Shown: one piece after another, positions 18,221 through 26,859 of the stretch | Numbering within the stretch: the first letter of the stretch is position 1 | Layout: the number at the start of each line of letters is the position of its first letter | Source of the DNA: Promethearchaeota archaeon | GTDB taxonomy: Archaea > Asgardarchaeota > Lokiarchaeia > Sigyniarchaeales > SOKP01 | Direction of reading: 5' to 3' | NCBI GenBank assembly: GCA_048938445.1 | Contig: JBHLME010000043.1 | Span: 4,082 to 33,688, forward strand | Length of the DNA: 29,607 bases | The notes under the pieces: model-generated | What the model saw: only the letters and a program-made list of their open reading frames with translations | What the model was told of the DNA's origin: nothing | Databases searched by the model: none | Program-made: the position numbers and the translations under genes

Positions 18221-18466
18221 ATGACAAAAAAACATGAAATAATCAGGTCTGAAGAAGATATAAGCCCATTAAATAGACAATTAATAAATGCTGTCTGTCA
18301 TAAGTGTAATTTTTATGCAAAAGACCAAGAATATTGGGAAAAAGAATATGAATGTGGAGCTTATAAATTTGTAAGACAACTTGTCGAAGATAATATCATA
18401 AATATTGATGAAATTGAAGATCTTTTTAAAAAAATTGATTTAAATCCTTTAAGAGAACTAAGATAA
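18221..18466 (+). CDS. Small CxxC...C protein co-transcribed with the rSAM gene
   Basis: VCHKCNFY...YECGAY. GAGGTG SD (18210-18215) before ATG 18221; the alternative ATG 18191 overlaps the rSAM stop. Confidence 0.75.
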   Translation: MTKKHEIIRSEEDISPLNRQLINAVCHKCNFYAKDQEYWEKEYECGAYKFVRQLVEDNIINIDEIEDLFKKIDLNPLRELR

Positions 18467-19041
18467 AATAAAATTACAAGTTCTAAATTTTATATTGAGT
18501 ATTATTTTATTATAGATAAATTCAATTTCAGCATTATTAGAATTATCCACTCTTTTTTATAATATTTTATTCAATTTAATCAGAAGAATTATTTTATTAT
18601 CAATATTTCTTAAAAAAAGAATTCAATAAATATGATTGATTAATTAAATCTCCATAATTTTCCTCTAAAGATAGAAAGAGTCCCATTTTAAGCGTTAATA
18701 TATCATATGAACATTTTTTGAATTCGGAATTTGGAAAATAATAAAAAATCAAATGATAAAGGAATTCTTTATGAATTTAATAACTTAATCTATTACGTTA
18801 GTAATACTAAAACTAATACCGTAAAATTAAAAAATAAAGCAAGGTAATTCCTCTTTAATGTCTATTAGAATTACAAAAAAACATTCACGGTCAATTATAA
18901 CTTAAAATTAAATAAATATGATAAATGAAGTTAATCAGAATTAACCTGTCTTAGTAAAAGGTAAATATTATAAACAGATATTATAAAAAAAGGTTATATA
19001 TAAACTCTATTAAAGAAAGATCAATTTTACTGAATGAAAGT

Positions 19042-21960
19042 ATGATGAAGATAGAAAGAGATGAGCCTATATATTTTGAGGGATTTGAAGTTGGAACTGT
19101 TTCTGTAAAATGGGTTCGTAGGATGAAAAATGGAAAAATAATCCGTGAATTTTTACGACATGAAGGGCATCCAAAAGAAATAATTAGAGATATTTTTAAA
19201 AGAAATAATATTTCAGAAAGTTCAAGGATTGTTATTACTGGATATGCTACTAAAAGCTATCTTAACTTACCTTATTATTCAGAAGCCGAATGTCTAGAAA
19301 AGGCACTCTCTTTTTACAATTTAAAACCAGATATTTTACTATCCCTAGGTGGCGAGACCTTTAGCATATACCCAATGAAAAATGGAATTATCAAAAACAT
19401 TATATCAACTACGAAATGTGCAGCTGGAACGGGAGAATTTATTGTTCAACAACTCCAACGCATGGGATTATCCCTTGAAAAAGGGATAAATGAAAGTGAA
19501 AAAGGCACGATTACGAAACTTGCAACACGCTGTTCTGTTCATTGTAAATCCGACGCAACACATAAGCTCAATAAAGGGGAATGTCAACCGGAAGATATAG
19601 CGAAAACATTAATTTATGATTTAGCAAGAAAAGTAAGTGACATGATTAAATCCGCTCAATGGCCTTCAAAACTAATTGTAATATCGGGAGGTGTTGGATT
19701 GAATAACGTGTTTATCAAGGATTTGAAGGAGTTTTTTCCTGATTCGGAACTTAAAGTATTACCCGAAAGTTCTTTTTTTGAAGCATTTGGTGCCTCATTG
19801 ATTGCTTCTGAATTAGATAGTATGATTCCACCAATCGAAACCTGGATTATTAATAAGGAAATGGATTTTGAGATTCGTGATCCATTAAGGAATATAGAAC
19901 CATTAGTGGAATATAGAGTGAGTTACAATTCTATCGAAAAAATCATTGATAATGATAAATATATTTTAGGTGTCGATGCTGGTTCAACTACTACAAAAGC
20001 AGTATTGTATAATATAATTGATCACTCTATTGGAGCTAGTATTTATTTACGCACTTTAGGTAATCCTATTAAGGCAACAAAAAGATGTCTTGAAGAACTT
20101 ATAAAACAAGTAGGGAAAACCTCGATAAATATCGTTCAATGTGGAGTAACCGGTTCAGCTAGAGAAATGGTTTCAGTTTATTTAGATAATTGTCTAACTT
20201 TTAACGAAATATTAGCACATGCGCGATCAGCAGTAGAAGAAGTACCCGATGTAGACACGGTTTTTGAAATTGGAGGTCAAGATTCAAAATTTATATCATT
20301 TCTCAAAGGCATCCCAATAGATTATGCTATGAATGAAGGTTGTTCAGCGGGAACGGGAAGTTTTCTTGAAGAATCCGCTTCAGTCGATATGGGAATAAAC
20401 GTAGAAAATATCAGCGATATAGCAATTAATAGTAGTAATCCAATTGCCTTCGGAGAAAGATGTGCTGCTTTTATCAATACTGATTTGAGAAACGCTCTTC
20501 AGCAAGGTGCAAAACAAGAGGATGTAATTGCAGGATTAGTGTATTCAATTGCAGATAATTATCTCTCTCGTATTGTTGGTCCTCGCCATATGGGAGCACA
20601 TATTCTCTTTCTTGGAGGCGTGGCATTGAATAAATCAGTTGCTCTAGCAATTGCCGCTTGTTCAGGACGAAAAGTCACCGTGCCTACACATCCGGAGCTT
20701 ATGGGCAGTATTGGTACTGCCTTAATGGTTCTAGACTTAATTAAAAATGGGAGTGTTATTGAACGAAAATTTGTATTAAATGACCTTATCCAAGGAGATA
20801 TGAAGGTACAAAACAATTTTCAATGTAATGCTTGTGAAAATCATTGTATGATTCAAAATATTTCAATTAGAGGACAAAAATATCCTTTTGGCGGATATTG
20901 TTCAAAATATAGATTATTAAGACGCAATAAAAAAGTAAAAGAAGGGCAGAATCTCATAGAAATAAGAAATAACCTAATGTATACGATATATGGACCACAA
21001 AATATGGAAAAATCTCCATATAATATTGGAATACCAATGTCACTAACAACACATGTATTATTTCCATTATTTTCAAGATTTTTCAATGAGTTAGGTTTTA
21101 AAATAGTAATATCAAATCCTACAAAACTCGATTCTTCAAAATCACTTGGAGCAATATGTTATCCTTGTGAAATTGTACACGGTGCTGTAATGGATCTATT
21201 AGAACGAAACATCGATTATATTTTCTTACCTTATGTAATAGAGTTGGAAATACCTTCTGGATATCTTCATGGATATACATGTCCATCAACGGCAGCAATT
21301 CCAGATATTATAAGAGCCGCTTTTGAACATGATGCTAATAAGATATTATCACCGCATATCAATATGTCTGAGGGCAATATTGAAACCACGATAAGAGAAT
21401 TAGTAACTATTGCAGAAAAACTAGGTGTTGAACAAAAAATTGGAGAAAGTGCAGCAGAAGCAGCTCTTGCACATTATTATAGTTTCATAAAAGAATATCA
21501 AACAGTGGGTAAAGAAGCGTTGAAAGCACTCAATCAAGAGCCTTCTATAATTATTGCTGGAAGACCATATGTGATTTATCCCTCTGATGTGAATTTAGCA
21601 TTACCGCGAAAGATTACTAGTAGAGGATATAACGTGATTCCAGCCGATATATTACCTAATTTAAATGATGGAAGAAATCAAGATCGGAATGTATGGTGTT
21701 TTACTCAGCAAATCGAGAATGCGATATACTTCGTGCAAGAGAATCCAAATGTTTACATTTGTCTTCTTTCCTGCTTTTCATGCGGTCCTGATAGTATCAT
21801 GTATCACCACTTTCGACAGGAATTAGAAGGATCAATCTTTTGTTATCTCGAAATAGATTCTCATACTGCTCATGCTGGTTTTGAAACAAGAATAGAAGCT
21901 TTTCTTGATATTATAGAAGAACGTCGTCGTAATTTAAACTATAATCTAAATGTGATATAA
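19042..21960 (+). CDS. CoA-substrate-specific enzyme activase (two BadF/BcrAD-type ATPase domains plus DUF2229-like domain)
   Basis: KCAAGTGEF, RCSVHCKSD, GVDAGSTTTK, EIGGQDSK, MNEGCSAGTGSF, ERCAAF, CYPCEIVHG, SCFSCGPDS, LEIDSH. Confidence 0.92.
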   Translation: MMKIERDEPIYFEGFEVGTVSVKWVRRMKNGKIIREFLRHEGHPKEIIRDIFKRNNISESSRIVITGYATKSYLNLPYYSEAECLEKALSFYNLKPDILLSLGGETFSIYPMKNGIIKNIISTTKCAAGTGEFIVQQLQRMGLSLEKGINESEKGTITKLATRCSVHCKSDATHKLNKGECQPEDIAKTLIYDLARKVSDMIKSAQWPSKLIVISGGVGLNNVFIKDLKEFFPDSELKVLPESSFFEAFGASLIASELDSMIPPIETWIINKEMDFEIRDPLRNIEPLVEYRVSYNSIEKIIDNDKYILGVDAGSTTTKAVLYNIIDHSIGASIYLRTLGNPIKATKRCLEELIKQVGKTSINIVQCGVTGSAREMVSVYLDNCLTFNEILAHARSAVEEVPDVDTVFEIGGQDSKFISFLKGIPIDYAMNEGCSAGTGSFLEESASVDMGINVENISDIAINSSNPIAFGERCAAFINTDLRNALQQGAKQEDVIAGLVYSIADNYLSRIVGPRHMGAHILFLGGVALNKSVALAIAACSGRKVTVPTHPELMGSIGTALMVLDLIKNGSVIERKFVLNDLIQGDMKVQNNFQCNACENHCMIQNISIRGQKYPFGGYCSKYRLLRRNKKVKEGQNLIEIRNNLMYTIYGPQNMEKSPYNIGIPMSLTTHVLFPLFSRFFNELGFKIVISNPTKLDSSKSLGAICYPCEIVHGAVMDLLERNIDYIFLPYVIELEIPSGYLHGYTCPSTAAIPDIIRAAFEHDANKILSPHINMSEGNIETTIRELVTIAEKLGVEQKIGESAAEAALAHYYSFIKEYQTVGKEALKALNQEPSIIIAGRPYVIYPSDVNLALPRKITSRGYNVIPADILPNLNDGRNQDRNVWCFTQQIENAIYFVQENPNVYICLLSCFSCGPDSIMYHHFRQELEGSIFCYLEIDSHTAHAGFETRIEAFLDIIEERRRNLNYNLNVI

Positions 21961-21963
21961 AAT

Positions 21964-23376
21964 ATGTTGGAAAATGTAATTGAAAGAAAAATATTGAATC
22001 CTGAATGCAGTTTTTCTGATGATTATCATTTCATTATAGATAGTGAAGGTAAACAAGTACCTTTAGACGATCCAAGAATAGTATTTGTATTTCCTGAAGC
22101 CCGAAATTCATATGGAAGGCGATTAGTCATGGATCTTTATGAAAACTATAATCGAAATATTCGCATTGCACCAAAAACGGATTCAAGTATAATTCAATTT
22201 GGAAAAAAAATATGTTCAGGGAGAGAATGTCTGGCAGCTGTTGCAATGACCGGAGCAATATTGAAAGATATTAAAGAAAATCGAAATCATGATGAAATTA
22301 CCATTTATAGAGCTCCTATAGATCAACATGGTCCTTGTCAAAATGGAGGTTGGCCAGTTTTATGGAAAACTTTTTCAAAACGATTGAATGTCAAAAATGC
22401 AATGTATTTTATAGCACCTAATTATCGTAATAAATTTTTGGGGCTTCCTCTAGATCTGATTGCGATGGAAAATATTTGCTTCTTAATTGGTAATTATATT
22501 GTGGAAGCTCGAAATGCGTTATATTGCATAGCTGAGGATAAAACTTCTGCACTTGATCTTTTTGAAACCATAACTGATAAATTTATAATGGGTGTAAGGA
22601 CAAAAGCACATGGCTTAAGACCAGGATTGTTAAAATGGGCAAAAGAAGTAGCAAAAATACCCTGTAAAATGAATGTTAGAGAAGCTCCAAAAGTACTAGT
22701 TATTGGAGGGCTTAATTTAATGTTTGATCATTATCCCGTGGAAGAATTTTTCCTAAACAAGGGGATCATACCTAAAATCGTTGATTTTTCTGAATCAGCT
22801 CTTTTAATCTTATCGGAACCTATTATACGATATGGATTCAAGAAAGGATTAATTTCACCAGAAGAGCAGTTTGATTTCTCTAATATTGATGATTCTGAAC
22901 TTAAACCAAGTGATGAAATAAAAGAAATTACAAAAGTAAGACGGAGTAAAATGAAAGTTGAGCTCTTGGAGACTCAAAGCAAATCCTTTAGAAAAGCAAT
23001 GAAAAAATCAAATTTATTGTTTGATTCCAACTCAAATGTCTTGACATACTTGATAAAAGGACACTCATATGTTACTTTAAACAGTTGTACTGAAACTACT
23101 TGCATAATAGGACGCTATATCGATTCAATTGAAAAAGATATCTATGATGGATTAATTAATCTTGGAACCTTTAACTGCCAACCAGCAATGAACTCTCAAG
23201 CTATTATTAGACCATTGGCAAATAAATCTGATATACCATACGCCGCGGTAGATTGTGAAGGTCCATGGATTTCTTCCAATCAAAAGAGACTTCTTGAAAC
23301 GATAGCAATCCAAGCAAAAAGATTACGTGAAAGTAAAAATAAAAAATTGAGACCTAATGATAAAATGTCCTTATAA
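21964..23376 (+). CDS. 2-hydroxyacyl-CoA dehydratase-like partner of the activase
   Basis: CSGRECL, GPCQNG, TFNCQP motifs typical of the C-terminal module of activase-associated proteins; 3 nt downstream of the activase stop. Confidence 0.8.
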   Translation: MLENVIERKILNPECSFSDDYHFIIDSEGKQVPLDDPRIVFVFPEARNSYGRRLVMDLYENYNRNIRIAPKTDSSIIQFGKKICSGRECLAAVAMTGAILKDIKENRNHDEITIYRAPIDQHGPCQNGGWPVLWKTFSKRLNVKNAMYFIAPNYRNKFLGLPLDLIAMENICFLIGNYIVEARNALYCIAEDKTSALDLFETITDKFIMGVRTKAHGLRPGLLKWAKEVAKIPCKMNVREAPKVLVIGGLNLMFDHYPVEEFFLNKGIIPKIVDFSESALLILSEPIIRYGFKKGLISPEEQFDFSNIDDSELKPSDEIKEITKVRRSKMKVELLETQSKSFRKAMKKSNLLFDSNSNVLTYLIKGHSYVTLNSCTETTCIIGRYIDSIEKDIYDGLINLGTFNCQPAMNSQAIIRPLANKSDIPYAAVDCEGPWISSNQKRLLETIAIQAKRLRESKNKKLRPNDKMSL

Positions 23377-23433
23377 TTTCTGTAAAATAGAAAAATTTAA
23401 TAAAATAAAATTAAAAATAGAAATAATTAGAGG

Positions 23434-24687
23434 TTAAGATAATATCGCTTTTTTACGTTGGAATAATAATATCCCTATAGTTGTAACTATTAGGGTAAAA
23501 ATGATCAGATATGTGACTCCAAAACCAATTATATCCCAAGAGTCTAATGCATAAAGCATTATCATTCGTAATACATAGGAAGCCCAATATGTTGGAAAAA
23601 AATAACTATATTGATATTCAGCACCCCAAGTAAAAATACCTCCCAAAAATAAAAGTGGGAGGATGATAAACCATGCAAATAAACCCGCTTGGTTATATGT
23701 TTTTAGGAATGATGCAAGTAATAACCCTAATCCTAAAGCACTGAATGTCACTAATGCTAATACCATAAATATCAAGAGCCAATTGGCATTAGGATGAACA
23801 TATGCTCCTATAAGCATTCCTAAAGTCAGCATGATCGTCACTTGAAAAGCAGTTATCATGAATTGGGATAACGCCCCAGATATTAGAATTTGAGAACGAG
23901 AAACTGCAGTTGTGCTTAACCGTCTCATGGTCCCAGTTTCCTTTTCTCCTGCAAAATGAGTTGCAACTTGAGAAATACATATTAATATTGAAGCAACTAG
24001 AATTGGTGGAAGAAACACATCAAAAAACGTAAATGTTTGTAGATTTAAATCACTATCAATTTCTAAACTTGTAGGATTACCCCCCTTATATAAAATAATC
24101 ATTGAATTAACTATTTGAGTGGTTACTTGAGTAATTACTTCATATGCAATTTTATCATCTATCGTCTTGACTTCGATTTCAGGTTGTCCAGTTACCTCAG
24201 AACCTATAATTTTTTCTGTAAAATTTTGTTCTATTATAATAATTCCGTGACATTTTTCAGTATTTAAAGCTTGTATCGCCTCCAATAATGTATAATTATT
24301 TGTCCCTATAATTTTAACATAATCCTTGAATTCGTCATAATTTAATGCTTGAATAAAAGCATCAGATCCACCCGCTTTTGACAAATAATCTATACTTCCG
24401 GGTTCACCAGCTCCTTCAACATCATGATTTATGATTATTAGATTGTATGAAATATGAGATACGGATTCGATTTGCATTGAAAATAAAAGCATGAATAAGA
24501 TTGGAAATCCTATAATAAAGATCACTTGAATTCTATCACGCAACATGTTCTTAAGGTGATTATTAGTCAGATGTAGAATGCGTGGTAATCGGAATCTTGC
24601 TACATGTCTATAATGTTTGGCAACAAAATCTCTTTTTTGATCTTTAAAATATACAAGATCCCGATCAAATTCATCATAATCTTTCAA
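23434..24687 (-). CDS. ABC-2 type exporter permease
   Basis: One N-terminal TM, extracellular domain, then five TMs; EKETGTMRRLSTTAVSR motif, FPTYW. TTG start overlaps the ATPase stop. Confidence 0.9.
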   Translation of the reverse strand: MKDYDEFDRDLVYFKDQKRDFVAKHYRHVARFRLPRILHLTNNHLKNMLRDRIQVIFIIGFPILFMLLFSMQIESVSHISYNLIIINHDVEGAGEPGSIDYLSKAGGSDAFIQALNYDEFKDYVKIIGTNNYTLLEAIQALNTEKCHGIIIIEQNFTEKIIGSEVTGQPEIEVKTIDDKIAYEVITQVTTQIVNSMIILYKGGNPTSLEIDSDLNLQTFTFFDVFLPPILVASILICISQVATHFAGEKETGTMRRLSTTAVSRSQILISGALSQFMITAFQVTIMLTLGMLIGAYVHPNANWLLIFMVLALVTFSALGLGLLLASFLKTYNQAGLFAWFIILPLLFLGGIFTWGAEYQYSYFFPTYWASYVLRMIMLYALDSWDIIGFGVTYLIIFTLIVTTIGILLFQRKKAILS

Positions 24688-25631
24688 GTATCTCTCAAAC
24701 TCCTTCCCGTTAAATTGATAAAAACATCTTCGAGACTATTTCTTCGAATAGTAATATCTAGCATCTTTACTTGAACGGCGTCCATAATTTCAGATATGCG
24801 TCTTAAACCATCAAGTGCACGTAACTCTATTCTCTTATCATCTATTTTATAAACACTATCGATAAAATCTAACATTTGTATTCTTGGAATCACTTCATCA
24901 CTACGCATGTAACTATTAATTCTAAAGTTTATAATATCACCACGTCCTAACGTTCCTTTAAGTTCCTCAGGTGTACCAGCTGCGATGATCCTTCCATGAT
25001 CTATGATGACCAAATTATTTGAAAGAACATCTGCCTCCTCCATGTTATGCGTGGTGAGAATGATGGTTTTATTCTTATTTTGAAATTCTTTAATAAAATC
25101 CCATACCACCCTACGCGATTGTGGATCTAAACTCGTACTGGGTTCATCAAAGAATATTATTTCAGGATCATGGACAACCGCCATCAAAACATTAACACGG
25201 CGCTTCATGCCATATGAAAATTTCTTAACTTTATCATTCGCACGATCTGTAAGACCCATTTTGCCTAAGAGCTCATCTGTACGTTCAACATAATCCCTTT
25301 TCCTCATTTTATGCATTTTAGCAATGAGATATATATTTTCTCTAGCAGTTAAATTATCATATATACTCAATTCTTGAGGGCAAACGCCAATTATTTGTCG
25401 AATTTTCTTGGTATGTTTTCGTATATCAAATCCAGAAATGATTGCTGTACCCTTTGTTGGAGGAAGTATGGTGGTCAACATTGAAATTGTGGTACTTTTT
25501 CCTGCTCCATTTGGCCCTAGAAACGTGAAAAGAGCACCTTTAGGAATTCTTAAATTGATGCCATTAACAGCCCTTATAGATTTGCCATAATATTTTGTGA
25601 GCTTTCGAGTTTCTATTATATATTGGATGAT
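24684..25631 (-). CDS. ABC exporter ATP-binding subunit (DrrA-like); true start lies upstream of the track call
   Basis: The frame extends 50 codons upstream of 25481: IIQYIIETRKLTKYYGKSIRAVNGINLRIPKGALFTFLGPNGAGKSTTIS, including Walker A. Signature FSYGMKRR, Walker B FFDEP, H-loop TTH. No ATG/GTG/TTG lies between the in-frame TGA (25637-25635) and Walker A. Confidence 0.88.
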   Translation of the reverse strand: MIQYIIETRKLTKYYGKSIRAVNGINLRIPKGALFTFLGPNGAGKSTTISMLTTILPPTKGTAIISGFDIRKHTKKIRQIIGVCPQELSIYDNLTARENIYLIAKMHKMRKRDYVERTDELLGKMGLTDRANDKVKKFSYGMKRRVNVLMAVVHDPEIIFFDEPSTSLDPQSRRVVWDFIKEFQNKNKTIILTTHNMEEADVLSNNLVIIDHGRIIAAGTPEELKGTLGRGDIINFRINSYMRSDEVIPRIQMLDFIDSVYKIDDKRIELRALDGLRRISEIMDAVQVKMLDITIRRNSLEDVFINLTGRSLRDT

Positions 25632-25690
25632 TTTTCACTTCTTGTATGTAATTTTAATTATTTTAATAAATTCTTTTCATATTTTTATTA

Positions 25691-26851
25691 TTATGTTATT
25701 GCTTGCTTTCGACTGAAAGATAATAATCCTATTAATATTGTTATTGTTCCAAATAATGTAAGCATGAGTAAATCAAAACCTATATCAATTAAAGTCCACT
25801 TTCCATATAACATGATATTACGAACTGCATCAACTGCATAAGAATTTGGAACAACCATGGACCCTGATAACTGACCTGGAATTGTATAGATATTACCAAT
25901 CATCATCATGGTAAAAGCAACAAAAAATGAGATAAGTGCCGCCGATTTACCATTTTTCACGATTGATCCTAAGAACAAACCGATCCCCATAGAACTTAAA
26001 TTAAATAACATTGCAACTAAAAATATTAAACCCCAATTTACGTTAGGATGAACAAAAGTTCCAAACAGTAATGATAGTGATACTACAACGAAAAATTGAG
26101 CCGTTGCTGCAACAAATTGCGTGATCATAATTGATGTAAATATTGTTCTTTTATCAACAGGTGTTGTAATTAAACGATGTAAAGTTCGAAATTCTTTTTC
26201 CCTACCGAATACAATAGTTAAAAGACTTAGACATATAGAAATTGATCCAATTATTATTCCTGGTGTTAATAAATCAAATAGAGTAAGATCATATTCTGCT
26301 TCATCTCCTAATTTTGATGAAGTAACCTTAGGTGTTGGAGTATTTTGTACATCCATTATGATTTCATTTGATATATTTAAAAGAATTACACCTAAAACAG
26401 CTGTTATAACAATATCATCGTTAACGGTGATTTTAGCAGTAGGAATTTCTGCTTCATATCCTGGTGCATTATAAATAGCTTCTGAGAAATTGCCATCTAT
26501 CTCTACAATTGCATCAATCCTTCGTGTATCTAATAATTCAACTGCTTCCTCCATTGTATGAATATTAATACCTTCTATAATAAACGTATTTTTATATTGA
26601 TCTGAGGATAAGACTTTACAAAAAAGCAGAGAAGCATTATGCAAATTTTCCGGTTGAGGCACCTCTTCAATATCATTATTAACTATCGTAATTGTAAATA
26701 TTTCAGTTGATTCAAAACTGTAATTACCATATGCGATGAATACCATTGAAATTAATAATGCAGGGTAAGCAATTAATCCCAATACTGCATATTTATTTCT
26801 ATATATATTTTTTAAATTACTGATTGTTAACGAAAATAACCTACTGGGCGT
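25691..26851 (-). CDS. ABC-2 type exporter permease; N-terminus extends upstream of the track call
   Basis: EKEFRTLHRLITTPV motif, PNSYAVDAVR. In-frame extension TPSRLFSLTISNLKNIYRNKYAV aligns with LPRILHLTNNHLKNMLRDRIQV of the paralog. Candidate ACG start at 26851. Confidence 0.85.
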   Translation of the reverse strand, partial: TPSRLFSLTISNLKNIYRNKYAVLGLIAYPALLISMVFIAYGNYSFESTEIFTITIVNNDIEEVPQPENLHNASLLFCKVLSSDQYKNTFIIEGINIHTMEEAVELLDTRRIDAIVEIDGNFSEAIYNAPGYEAEIPTAKITVNDDIVITAVLGVILLNISNEIIMDVQNTPTPKVTSSKLGDEAEYDLTLFDLLTPGIIIGSISICLSLLTIVFGREKEFRTLHRLITTPVDKRTIFTSIMITQFVAATAQFFVVVSLSLLFGTFVHPNVNWGLIFLVAMLFNLSSMGIGLFLGSIVKNGKSAALISFFVAFTMMMIGNIYTIPGQLSGSMVVPNSYAVDAVRNIMLYGKWTLIDIGFDLLMLTLFGTITILIGLLSFSRKQAIT

Positions 26852-26859
26852 TTTTTTGT

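Noticed and set aside
4415-18816. Identical 14-mer AATACTAAAACTAA at 4415-4428 and 18803-18816, both intergenic
   Set aside because: Low-complexity and non-palindromic, at different distances from starts; plausible by chance in very AT-rich intergenic DNA.
18467-19041. 575-nt intergenic gap examined for ncRNA, CRISPR array or a second precursor peptide
   Set aside because: No regular repeats, GC-rich stems or Cys-rich small ORF seen by eye; a covariance-model search would be needed to exclude an ncRNA.
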